From contig VRVR01000005.1 in the NCBI GenBank assembly GCA_009859145.1, positions 215,448 to 279,447 on the forward strand: a stretch of 64,000 nt of DNA, read 5' to 3'. The notes beneath the pieces were generated by a model. That model did no database searches. It worked only from the letters and a program-made list of their open reading frames with translations, and was not told the DNA's origin. The stretch is from Andalucia godoyi And28. Lineage: Eukaryota; Protista; Jakobida. A program made the position numbers and the translations under genes. Position 1 is the first letter of the stretch; the number at the start of each line of letters is the position of its first letter. Shown here piece by piece: positions 1 to 10,168 of the stretch.

Positions 1-132
1 AGTAATTCAGCGTTCCGATTTGCATTTGGAACGATCGAGCCTTTTCCTGTCCAACAGCGCACTGCACATTCGCACACAAGCATCGTTCGTCTTTCAGGAG
101 GAAAACACACACACTATTTCTCACAACGCAAG

Positions 133-1249
133 ATGGCGAATCGTTCCAATTATGAACAGGTCCCTACTCGGGAGCCAGAGGAAGACAGACAGCCGCTTCT
201 TCGTTTCGACGGTACGTGTTCTCGTTGCTCTTGTTCTTGTTCTTGTTCTTGTCTTTGTCATTGCTATTAGTATTGGTATTGTTGATGATGATGGTTGTGG
301 CGGGATTGAGCTTACTTCTTCTTCTTCTTCCTCTTTAATGATTTTTTTTTTTTTTTTGCATTTTACCGCAGATCAAGAACCGGCTGAAGCAACGGTGGAT
401 TCGCGCAGAACACCTGTGCAGCCTCAGGGACCTCCGAACCCTAGCACATACAGTTCTTCGGTGTCCGTTTCTCCCCCTGTCAATACCTCTTCCCCGTCAG
501 TTTCTGCTGCGGCCCCTCCCTATGCACCTGCACAGCAGCAACAGCTGTCTGGTGCAAATGCTGCTGCGTATGGCCAGCCGGCTCAGAATCCTCAGCGGCC
601 ACAGGGCACTTACTATGCCCCGGCGTATCTTTACCAGCCAAATGGGCAACCATACGCCGGACATGCAGTCCCTCTCTACCAACTCCCTACATCGGCGGTC
701 CGAACGAATCCCTACGAAGGTCTCATCGGCCAGCAGCAACAGCAGCAGCAACAGCAACAGCAATTGTATGGTGGTAGTGGTCAACCGTTGATTGGTGGAA
801 TGCCTGTTTTAGGACCCATGTTGCAGCCGATCCAGGGTCTTGGAAATGATTTCCTTTCCGGGGTTTTTGATTGCATGGATGATTCAGAGTCGTGCATGCT
901 CGGTTTGTGCTGCTGGTCTTTGCTGGGAGTTCAGAACTACTCCAGACTGCAAGGACGGCGTGAGCTGGAAGGGAAGGACTGGCTGCTGTGTCTCGGAGTC
1001 ACGGCAATATACTCATTTGTCGGCATACCAATTGCAAACATGGGGCTGGCGTATGCGAATCGTAGACAGATGCGAACGAGCTTTGACTTTCCAAAGGAAG
1101 CTACGGGAATCGAGGATGCAGTAATGGCCGCATGCCTTGGGCCGTGCATTGAATGTCAGATGGCACGCGAATACAAGTATCGAATGGGATTACTGCCGCT
1201 TCCGATTCATGCTGCACCGCTTGCCGCCCCGGCTCGGCCGATGGTGTAG
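133..1249 (+). CDS. PLAC8 (Cys-rich) family protein with Pro/Gln-rich N-terminus; 2 exons (133-211, 372-1249)
   Basis: C-terminal GVFDCMDDSESCMLGLCCW...RRQMR...IEDAVMAACLGPCIECQMARE matches the PLAC8 pattern. GTACGT at 212 to CAG at 371 removes a low-complexity stretch and keeps frame. Confidence 0.8.
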
Positions 1250-1447
1250 CACATGTGCGATTTGAAGCACATTTGATCTGCACGATGTGCTTTCCAAATC
1301 AATGAACAATGAAAACCAGGAAGAGGGGAGGGGAGGAAATTAAAAAAGAAGAAGAAGAAAAAAAGAAGAAAAAAGTAAGGAGTGGCGCAGTAACGATTTA
1401 TTTTGTATTTGTAAAATCAGCATGCTTGTTTGTTTGTCCTCTTCTGC

Positions 1448-4400
1448 TTAGAAATCGACGGATTCCAGGAAGGCGCTGGATGCTTGCAAAGCTAGTTTCC
1501 GTTGGCGTTCCTCGTACATTGATCGCAGGGAAACCAAGATTTGGTCCACGCTCATGCGATACATGCCGTTTGCATGCCAATGGCCGTCGACAATGACACC
1601 CTGCTGATTGACAATGTATGTCGCGGTCACGGGTAGTCTCCAGTCTCCTTCGGTACCGTGCGCAATGTCGGGCCTCATTCCAGCAAACGTGTAGATGTCT
1701 CTGGTCTTCGGAGGGCATTCGTACACAAGATTGAACTGGCTAGAAATACCAAACCCCTTATCTTCAACAAGACTGCAGTTTGGATGGTACCAATCGTAGA
1801 AATCAGAGCCACCACAGCTGGTGATAAACAACATTGTTGCCCCATATCCTTGTATGACCGGCATCTGGTCCACAAGGACGCGCATGTTCACATTGCATCC
1901 AGGACACCAGGACCCCCGAAGAAACGTCATGACGACCGGACCAGACGACAACAGGTCTTGCATCGAAATGTGCTTTCCAGTCATTGACACAGCGTTGAAT
2001 AAAGGGATACGGTCGCCTGTTTTCAGAACGTTGCGCTCAATGTCGCATCGAAGCGATTCATGTTCCTCAACGATTTGCTGCAGCTTTTCAACCAATGCGG
2101 TTTCCGGAACACCTTTGGCCTCCGCAAGTTGTCGCACAATTGAAACCAGCGCCTCACCAACTTGCTCTGAAATCGTCCCATACGATTTTGTATCCTGCTT
2201 GCTGAGATCTTCAAGAGTCAATGCAAGCGCACGAGCTTCCCGAGTATCCGCATTCTCTTCCCTCACCTTTGCAAGAAGCTGATTTAGCAGCTGCAGCCCG
2301 AGCTTGGCGTTCCTCTTCTTGGAAATCCACAGCTTTTCAAGTTGGATTAGCGACCGAATTTCATACGAGAGCGCTTCTTCGGACGACGCTAAGTACACGG
2401 CTCGATAGCACACTTCTTCAATCCGTTGTTCGGTTTTAAAGTCCAACGACTGTCCGTTGTTCGCCTCCACTTTTGCCTGCAGTCGCAAAGCTTCAGGCAA
2501 AAGGTCACGCTGGCTGTTCTCGCACGACTCCACGGCTTCTTGGATGAGAGACTGGCACAGCATGCTTCGGCGCTCAGGGGGAAACACACGGTTCACGGAT
2601 TCCAAGGTCGCGTCGGCCGAGCTGCATCCCAACATGCTTTCGACAGCAAGAGTACGCAGAATATTGTCGGGATTCTGAACGCGGCCCAAAAAATCGATCA
2701 TTGATTCAAGATGCACGGGATCCCTGTTGTTCGCAAACTGAGACCACGACAAGAATGCCTGCATTTGCAAAAACAGCTGCGAAAGATGGGCAGGACACTT
2801 GCGCAGCAATTCGGTAGTTGTCTTATACGACAAATCGTATACTTGCTGAACATTATGCTCCAATGCCGCATTATGACACGCCAAGGCCATGTTTGTCGTC
2901 GCCAGCAGCAATGCAAAGTGGGTGGAGGCTCCGACAAACTTCGAATCATGATTCATCTCCACTCTCGAATTCGAATTCGAATTCAGCTCAAGTACGCGCA
3001 CCTCCTCAAGGCAGCGCTTGATCGCATCGGCCTGCATCCGAGAAAACTCGGAAAACGCACTGCGTGCCCATTGAAGGCGACTGCACAGCAGCATCAACTG
3101 GACCATCGGATCCGTGGACGAAAATCGAGTCATCTGATCCTCTTGCTCTTCCAATTCCGCGGAATGAAGCTTATAAATCTCCAGAGCCCGTTCCACATTT
3201 TCGACAACCTGCGATGTTTTTCCAAGCTTGTAATACGAAAGTGCACACGCCAGCAGGGCGTGAATCTTCTCGACTGGATGAACAGCAAACGACAACACAT
3301 TCTCGGCCGCAACATCAAGACTAGTGAAACCTGGAATATCAATCACGTGACGATACGACGCAAGCCACATGCCGTATGCTGTATCATACTGCAACGATCG
3401 GTATGAGGCCATCACATCTGAAGGCAGGGAATCCGAAGACAGGCATTCGTCAACGATTCCTCTGGCGAATGAAAGAACCTCGACAGCACGAACTGCATCC
3501 TCCTTTCGCATCAACATGTTCAGACAACGCGCATACAAAACACATACAGCAGCTGGGCTCACAGCATGCCGCTCCTCGGGAAAAGAAGGAGGAGCCTGCA
3601 CATTGGAGAGCTCCTTTGCACCAAAGCGTTGTATCAATTTCATCAATCGATCAAAGGGACTGCAAGCTCTCGCATAGTCGCCCTTATTCACCAGCAAAAA
3701 TGCTTCATGGGCCAGTGCAACATAGGAATTTTGAGCAATTTCAGCAATTTCCGAAGAGGAGTACATGTTGGTATCAGATATAGACGGGAGTGCGAGAAAC
3801 CAATGGTAGCCACATCGATGGGACGCCTCCAGGTCCGACAGCAACCCGCGGTTCTGCTCCCATAGACATGCAATCTGTCGGTGAATTTTCAACGACTCTG
3901 CCGAGGAGAGAAGCGAGGCAGCGTACTTCTTTGACTCCAGATTACAGAACCTAAACGTAGAGTCTGACATGGACGTATCGGTAAGGATTCCGCGACTGCA
4001 CAGCATGTCGAGCAAGTTTGAGAGTTCCGGTTTCAAGGAGTCTTCCGGGAAGACAAATATCAGTTCATCCAGGGTAAAAGCATCCCACGAACACAGTGCA
4101 GCGATCTTGGCAGTGAGAGCGAGTTCTGGAGAGAGTGCATCCACCAGGGATGCCGAGTCCTTCTCCGCAGATTCCATTACATGATTTCGCAACGCCTCCT
4201 CAAGGATGGAATACTCAACATTCGGAACAAGCGAGCGATTAGCAGCATCGGAAAATGTAGCCAGCCGAGACAAAAGCATCCATTGAACGAGGTGGAAGGA
4301 TGAAACTAGCACACCCTGCGCCTTCCCAAACAACAAGGACACGATTTCTGCTGCGATTTCCGTCGTTTCCAGAAACGCACATCGCAAAAACAGCTGCAAG

Positions 4401-6490
4401 TCGCTTTCGGAGGACGCGTTTCGCAGATAGACCGAGTTAGAAGACGAGACGAAAGGAACATCTAAAGAATCGGATACCAGCACGAACTTTAGCACATGGG
4501 AGCAGCCACAGGCAATGCAGCCAGCAAGGAGCGACCGTGACCAGGAGTCCAAAAACTCGGCCTGCGTAAGCACAATCACAAACGCAGACGGATCGTGTGA
4601 ATTCGAGGCCGACATTGAATGCAACTGCTGCTGTTGCAGTGAACTCAGAATCGATATCCACAGTCTGGCAAGCAATTGAATCTTGCGTTTCTCCGACAGC
4701 ATATCCAATCCCAGCGACGAATTTCCGGACTCCTGTGTGCCAGATGGATGAAGTTCTTCGTTGTCGCAACCGAAAACGGAGCGAAGAAGAATCTTGACAA
4801 GCGGCACTTCACTGGGATCCACTATGGACGACAAGATTTCCCATTTTTGTACAGAGGTCGACTGAGAAAATTCCTGGGATATACACTGTGAAAACCCGTC
4901 TTTGAGGCAGGAATAAGGGACCTGGGTTTCGTATTCGGCACAACGATGAACCAGCAGATTGCATGAAAGCTGCCGCGATGCTTCTGACAATACAGTCACA
5001 GCACATACTGGATCGGGGGACGACAACACAATCACCGCGTCCTTTCCCTCGGGAGATAGTTTAAGCGCAAGGAGACGCATCTCTGCCTCGAAAAACATAG
5101 AAAGACAAGACCGAAGCCGACAACCAGCAGTTTCAGCCGAGTCCTTACGGATGGCTGAGCCGGAAGACAGCAGCCGTGCAACAGCAATTTCACGGGCATG
5201 CCCTTTCACGCAAAATGGTTGGAGAACATCAAAAGTCATGCCATCCTTGGCGGATTCCACAACCGAGCTTAGACAAGAAATGGAACCCGGGCCTGTAATC
5301 TGCATGAGACGCGCGGCAGTTACCACCGAAAACCCAAGAACGGTGACATCCCTGCGCACCTCACTCCCGACAAATCCACAGAACGACTGTCCTCGCGCTG
5401 CGCCGATCGTGACGTCAGCACCAATCTTGTCCCGAATCTCGAGCGCTGCCTTGCAGGATCTCGTCGAGTCATCAGTATGCGTTGTCGGAAATCCAAACAC
5501 AGTCACAATGATGATCCCCTTTTCATCGTTTAAGAGATTGGCGATGAACCCACCATATTTGTAAGTTGCATGCTGCACAGTGGACAAGTGGCCAGCTAAT
5601 GATCGAGGATCATTCGTAAGATTGGGATTAAGTTTGATAAACAGCGTACAGATGCATCTGACAGAAGTAAGAAAGCGCTCAATTCCCTTCTCCACGTGCC
5701 CCACGACGAACGGGTCTACAAATTGTTGCAGCACATCCAACCGCACCGCAATCGGACTGTTCGAGGCAGGAGGGGAGCCAGCTTGCGTTGGGACATTCTG
5801 AACTACGAACTTTGTTTCATCTGAACGGACGGGGGCAGCAGCATATCCTGGGATCTGTTGCACAGCACTCCAAACAGAGGCAGAAACGACAGTTTCACCT
5901 GTCCTACTAACTGCCAGCAAGGACTCCAGGTTTGCGAACACCGACCCACACGTCAACCGCATCCACTTGTTGTCTGCGCCACCGCAGTAAACAAATGTCA
6001 GTGTGCCGCAGTCGACTGCAGAATGCAAGGAAAGTGCGGTGCCTGCTGATGAGTCCTTGCCATTGAAGGTGGCGGACAGATAGTGCGTTGAAGACACGGC
6101 TCCTTCGGCGGTTGGGAAAATGCAGATGAGAGCATCCCCTGCAAAGCGATCCACATAGCCCCCATGAGCCTTGATATTCGCAAGCATCGGCTCGAACATC
6201 GAGTTGACAACTCTTGTGAGCTGCTCGGGAGCTCCAGAGAATCGCTCAGTGAGCTTTGTAAAGCCAGATATGTCCATAATCGAGACAAAATACACGGAAT
6301 CATCGGAAATCACAGTTTCTGATGTCAGAGGCTTATGAATGTGAACGGAGATGTCGGGCTGAATCAAGCCAGCAACGGTAGGCAAGGCGACGAACACCGT
6401 GCCAGTCGTTGCAGCTGATTCAGGCACTTTTTGTTGGCAGTCCTCGACGACCTGCGAAGCAGCCTTCGTTTTGGAAGAACCGCAGCCCAT
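1448..6490 (-). CDS. Soluble-adenylyl-cyclase-like protein: N-acylation motif + tandem class III cyclase domains + degenerate STAND NTPase + TPR-like region + C-terminal peroxiredoxin-like (AhpC/TSA) domain
   Basis: MGCGSSK start. C1 motifs DISGFT and FAGDA; C2 motifs DEKG and RRDVTVLGFSVVTAARLM. STAND winged-helix-like LDALSPELALTAKIAA and FRFCN...LKIHRQIA. C-terminal LKTGDRIP...GPVVMTFLRGSWCPGCN...WRLPVTATYIVNQQG. Single uninterrupted 1680-aa ORF. Confidence 0.85.
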   Translation of the reverse strand: MGCGSSKTKAASQVVEDCQQKVPESAATTGTVFVALPTVAGLIQPDISVHIHKPLTSETVISDDSVYFVSIMDISGFTKLTERFSGAPEQLTRVVNSMFEPMLANIKAHGGYVDRFAGDALICIFPTAEGAVSSTHYLSATFNGKDSSAGTALSLHSAVDCGTLTFVYCGGADNKWMRLTCGSVFANLESLLAVSRTGETVVSASVWSAVQQIPGYAAAPVRSDETKFVVQNVPTQAGSPPASNSPIAVRLDVLQQFVDPFVVGHVEKGIERFLTSVRCICTLFIKLNPNLTNDPRSLAGHLSTVQHATYKYGGFIANLLNDEKGIIIVTVFGFPTTHTDDSTRSCKAALEIRDKIGADVTIGAARGQSFCGFVGSEVRRDVTVLGFSVVTAARLMQITGPGSISCLSSVVESAKDGMTFDVLQPFCVKGHAREIAVARLLSSGSAIRKDSAETAGCRLRSCLSMFFEAEMRLLALKLSPEGKDAVIVLSSPDPVCAVTVLSEASRQLSCNLLVHRCAEYETQVPYSCLKDGFSQCISQEFSQSTSVQKWEILSSIVDPSEVPLVKILLRSVFGCDNEELHPSGTQESGNSSLGLDMLSEKRKIQLLARLWISILSSLQQQQLHSMSASNSHDPSAFVIVLTQAEFLDSWSRSLLAGCIACGCSHVLKFVLVSDSLDVPFVSSSNSVYLRNASSESDLQLFLRCAFLETTEIAAEIVSLLFGKAQGVLVSSFHLVQWMLLSRLATFSDAANRSLVPNVEYSILEEALRNHVMESAEKDSASLVDALSPELALTAKIAALCSWDAFTLDELIFVFPEDSLKPELSNLLDMLCSRGILTDTSMSDSTFRFCNLESKKYAASLLSSAESLKIHRQIACLWEQNRGLLSDLEASHRCGYHWFLALPSISDTNMYSSSEIAEIAQNSYVALAHEAFLLVNKGDYARACSPFDRLMKLIQRFGAKELSNVQAPPSFPEERHAVSPAAVCVLYARCLNMLMRKEDAVRAVEVLSFARGIVDECLSSDSLPSDVMASYRSLQYDTAYGMWLASYRHVIDIPGFTSLDVAAENVLSFAVHPVEKIHALLACALSYYKLGKTSQVVENVERALEIYKLHSAELEEQEDQMTRFSSTDPMVQLMLLCSRLQWARSAFSEFSRMQADAIKRCLEEVRVLELNSNSNSRVEMNHDSKFVGASTHFALLLATTNMALACHNAALEHNVQQVYDLSYKTTTELLRKCPAHLSQLFLQMQAFLSWSQFANNRDPVHLESMIDFLGRVQNPDNILRTLAVESMLGCSSADATLESVNRVFPPERRSMLCQSLIQEAVESCENSQRDLLPEALRLQAKVEANNGQSLDFKTEQRIEEVCYRAVYLASSEEALSYEIRSLIQLEKLWISKKRNAKLGLQLLNQLLAKVREENADTREARALALTLEDLSKQDTKSYGTISEQVGEALVSIVRQLAEAKGVPETALVEKLQQIVEEHESLRCDIERNVLKTGDRIPLFNAVSMTGKHISMQDLLSSGPVVMTFLRGSWCPGCNVNMRVLVDQMPVIQGYGATMLFITSCGGSDFYDWYHPNCSLVEDKGFGISSQFNLVYECPPKTRDIYTFAGMRPDIAHGTEGDWRLPVTATYIVNQQGVIVDGHWHANGMYRMSVDQILVSLRSMYEERQRKLALQASSAFLESVDF

Positions 6491-6914
6491 TGGAAAATCT
6501 TACACGCGCGTACGTGTGTGGGTGCTTTTAACGAGGAAAAAAGAAGAAGAAGAAAAGAAAACCGGGAAAAAACAAACACAGAAGCAACGGACGCCACCGC
6601 GACTGGTCGAGATCAAGAATCAGTTTGAAGGAGCGAAGCTGGCAGGGAAGCGGGAAATGCCGGGTGGACGGTCCAGGCTTGGAAGGCAGCAAAGCGGATT
6701 GCGCCATTGTTTTGACTGTGCATTCGAGAGGAGTGCGGCTTGCGAGAAGAATTCGAAAGCATCTGCTTCGACCGACGACACTGGACCAAACAGGAATGTC
6801 GCAACGCGTCAAATTCTGTACTGGCAGCTGTCGTTCAAATTGCAGTGAGTCCTTTGAGAGTGTCTGCGACTTTGCGTTTCATTCATCGCCGTTATCCAAC
6901 TGTGGTTTCTCTGT

Positions 6915-6916
<2 letters not shown>

Positions 6917-6952
<36 letters not shown>

Positions 6953-6972
6953 ACCACACCACACCACACACA

Positions 6973-7003
<31 letters not shown>

Positions 7004-7015
7004 CCACCACCACCA

Positions 7016-7048
<33 letters not shown>

Positions 7049-7055
7049 ACCACCA

Positions 7056-7097
<42 letters not shown>

Positions 7098-7106
7098 ACA
7101 CACAGA
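6917..7106. repeat. (CA)n/(CAC)n compound microsatellite
   Basis: About 190 bp of CA/CAC repeats read directly from the sequence. Confidence 0.95.
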
Positions 7107-7275
7107 GACAAATGACAAAACCAAAAAAAAAAAAAGCGGGATTTGAATACCAAATGATGACAACGATGGGCGAAACATCTCGTGACTCAAGTAGGGGCCT
7201 TTTTACAGCCGGCAGTGCGTTGTCAGACAACCATTTACACTGAAGGGAAGCACCTCGAAACACAAGGGGGGTTCC

Positions 7276-8538
7276 GTGTTTTTCTCTGCAACCGATTTCG
7301 GGCAGGCTGTGAGTGAATTCGGCATGATATCTGAAGCAGCGGCGTTTCAGAAATCGAGTGAGTTTGTCAGAAGAGTGCTTGGATCGTTGGGAATCCAGCT
7401 GTCGTCACTCCCGGTGCAGTTCTTTTCTCCTGAAAGTCCATCGGGTTCCTGCTGCTGTCTGAATCTGAAACTTGATTCTCCGGAGACCATATCTTCGGAA
7501 ATCGAAGCTGCATTGACGGCGGTATGCATGTCGACAGACAATGGATTCAGTTCCGGCAAGGTGGCAGGCTCCGTGGGGATTGCAAGTGTTGAAGGAAGAA
7601 AGGAGTTTTTGATCGATTTTCTTGGACGACACGACTTGGATGCATCTGGGCTGTTGTTTTCTCCGTGTGCATGCCATTCTGCTCGGTTTTTATACCTTTT
7701 GCTGATTTGGACCTCCTTTCGATTCCAGGTCTTTCGGGTTGCAATATCATCCGCAATTGCACAGATATGCGGGGAAGTTCAAAATACGCTGGATCACGAG
7801 TTCCGTGTGGATCTGGGATGCAGCACGGAGCGTCGGGTAAGCGGTTCTTGCAAGGAGCTGTTTGACACGTGGAATCTTTGCTTGTTCACACTTCGGGAGC
7901 TGGGCTGCGCATCCGATGAGCTGGTGTGCGCCTATCAACGCCTGACACAGAGCCACCCGGGAACCAGTCGTTCTGAGTTCTTGGCGTCGACGGACACACA
8001 GCGGTACGCTGCTGCCGCAAAATCAATCGAAGAAGCAATGGCAAGAATATTTGCCTTTTCAGAATTCCTTCGTCACGAGCACACGCTTGCGGAATTGGTT
8101 CAGCGCTGGTCACAAAGGTATCTTCTCTCCGCACAGTCGAAGAGTTTGCACGCCACTCGTGCAACGTCTCTGCGTGCATCTGCTCAGGATTTGTTGTCGC
8201 AATTTCCTTCTGCTTTACTTCTCTCTGGCAATTCACGGAGGTTTCGCAGCCGGCTGTGGGAGCATTCTTCGATGCGGTTTTCCACCGTGGCGTGCAATCC
8301 TATTTCTCGCCTTTCGCTGTCACTAGGATTTGTCACTGCGCCACTGTGGATGTCAAGTGAAGGAGAAGAGGGCTTGTCGTCCCACGATGCTTCCCGAGTC
8401 TTGGCGTCTCTGGAGCTGCTGCACAGTATAGCGAGTCAAAGGGCGTGCCGCAACCGAGAAACGTATGCCGGATTCTTGTCAAAGTTGCTCGACTCCTTTC
8501 GGCTTCCCGCATACGAGTATTTTGATTTTTCCACGTGA
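7276..8538 (+). CDS. Uncharacterised protein, possibly TEDC1-like (tubulin epsilon/delta complex); true start or upstream exon uncertain
   Basis: 420-aa ORF. KLDSPETISSEIEAALTAV and SARFLYLLLIW loosely recall the TEDC1 motifs KFDRPEA..ALW.LL and GSRELLLALSW (from memory, weak). Confidence 0.4.
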   Translation: MFFSATDFGQAVSEFGMISEAAAFQKSSEFVRRVLGSLGIQLSSLPVQFFSPESPSGSCCCLNLKLDSPETISSEIEAALTAVCMSTDNGFSSGKVAGSVGIASVEGRKEFLIDFLGRHDLDASGLLFSPCACHSARFLYLLLIWTSFRFQVFRVAISSAIAQICGEVQNTLDHEFRVDLGCSTERRVSGSCKELFDTWNLCLFTLRELGCASDELVCAYQRLTQSHPGTSRSEFLASTDTQRYAAAAKSIEEAMARIFAFSEFLRHEHTLAELVQRWSQRYLLSAQSKSLHATRATSLRASAQDLLSQFPSALLLSGNSRRFRSRLWEHSSMRFSTVACNPISRLSLSLGFVTAPLWMSSEGEEGLSSHDASRVLASLELLHSIASQRACRNRETYAGFLSKLLDSFRLPAYEYFDFST

Positions 8539-8709
8539 GATGCCCTCCCCTGAGATCGCGGAGTGGGGTGGAGGAGCCCCCCCCCCCAAAAAAAAAAAAA
8601 AAGTAAATAAATAAATATATATATAAAATAATAATAATAATAACAAAACAACATGGAGCAGAAACAGGAGAAGGAGAGGGAGAGGGAGAAAAGAGACGGG
8701 GGCGCTTTA

Positions 8710-9837
8710 TCAGGAAGAGTTCTGTCGCAAGTCTGGAACACATCCCAAAGAAATGAGGGCGTTCACCGTGTCGATGAACGACTGGTCTGCCCCGATGAAC
8801 TGCACTTGAAACTCCGTGGTCGTCTTGGAACTGTCAAAGAAGGCTTCCTTGTTCAGAAACTTCTTGAGAAACGATCGATCCACTTGCTTGCTGAAGAAGG
8901 CGGTAACGTAGAGTAGGAAGTTGGGAACGTTTCTCGTGGGCAGCTTTTTGTACTGCGGAAAACTGGTTCGCAAGACTTTGGCCACGTCGCTGAACCACCG
9001 GAAGTCTCCGGAGCAGATGTATCTGCCGTTTGCATTCCCATCTTCGACGGCACGAACGTGGACCAGAGCGACATCTCTGACGTCAATGAAGCAGAAACCA
9101 AGTTGTGGTGTCATTGGCTGTTTTCCCGTTAGCATGTCTCGGAACATACCGACGCTCTCAGAAAGGACCGTGTTCAACGGAGGCCCGCAAATGTAGCTCG
9201 GCAGAACCGTGCACAGTCTGAATTTCTTTTCTGCAGGCAGCTTGCCGACAAATTCCCATGCCAGTTTTTCGGACAGCGTCTTTGCCAACATGTACGGCCC
9301 AGAATGCAGCGAGGAATGCTCGTTCCAGTCCGCGGGCCCAAACACGTATCCCTTCCCTTTCTCATCCGGTGCGTCGTAGAGAGCACTGATGGAAGACGTT
9401 ATCACTACCGCTTTGACGGACCCCGCAGCTGCTGCACACTCGAGAACATTCTTCATGCCGTTGATTGCAGGATCTACTATCTCGGTTTGTGGATCTTTTG
9501 CGCGCAACTTTACCACAGCCGCAGTGTGAATGACTGCGGTGCACAGCGCAAACGCTTCAGTAAACGAGCCTTGCAATTCAAGATCAGCTTTGAACAGTCG
9601 CAGCCGTTCCGACGCTCCGGGAAGCTCCATGAGAAACCCGCACTTCGACTTTGATGTGGGGTCCCGCACAGTCGCATGTACTGAATGCCCGCGCTCTAGC
9701 AGCAATTTGACTATGTGAGATCCAGTCAATCCAGAAGCACCCGTCACAGCAACCGTCTGAGGGGCCCCCGCGTCATCCGCAGATGGCATGGAATACGCTG
9801 AAGCAAGCCGGTCAATCTGCTCTCCACTCTCGTCCAT
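8710..9837 (-). CDS. NAD(P)-dependent epimerase/reductase, extended SDR (dihydroflavonol-reductase/cinnamoyl-CoA-reductase/Gre2-like)
   Basis: VAVTGASGLTGSHIV Rossmann motif, VIHTAA, TSS and catalytic YMLAK (YxxxK). Confidence 0.9.
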   Translation of the reverse strand: MDESGEQIDRLASAYSMPSADDAGAPQTVAVTGASGLTGSHIVKLLLERGHSVHATVRDPTSKSKCGFLMELPGASERLRLFKADLELQGSFTEAFALCTAVIHTAAVVKLRAKDPQTEIVDPAINGMKNVLECAAAAGSVKAVVITSSISALYDAPDEKGKGYVFGPADWNEHSSLHSGPYMLAKTLSEKLAWEFVGKLPAEKKFRLCTVLPSYICGPPLNTVLSESVGMFRDMLTGKQPMTPQLGFCFIDVRDVALVHVRAVEDGNANGRYICSGDFRWFSDVAKVLRTSFPQYKKLPTRNVPNFLLYVTAFFSKQVDRSFLKKFLNKEAFFDSSKTTTEFQVQFIGADQSFIDTVNALISLGCVPDLRQNSS

Positions 9838-10168
9838 AATTCGACCGTCCGTCCTCCTGTTCTCCGTACCGGATCGTTCCGACAGTGGGGGAACCGCTTG
9901 GAGAATTCAACGTTCCCAATCTCACGTATTTCACCCTTTTGTGGTCGATGGGTTGCGCCACCACTTTCACGTGCAGGATCAAGTGATGCTAGCTCTTACT
10001 TCTGGATTGTCTTTCCTCCTCCTTTGAAATGGGCAGCGATCGCTGGGGAAATTGGTTTAGCTTGGTTTCTTTTCTCTTCTTGTTTTTGTTTTCGATGGCG
10101 TACGCGATACCTTCTTTGGCATTTAGTGTGTTTGTGAGATTGCGCTGCAGTTATTCAGGAAGAGCAAG

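Noticed and set aside
6809-7263. ORFs encoding CVCVCV/HTHTHT runs
   Set aside because: Translations of the (CA)n microsatellite.
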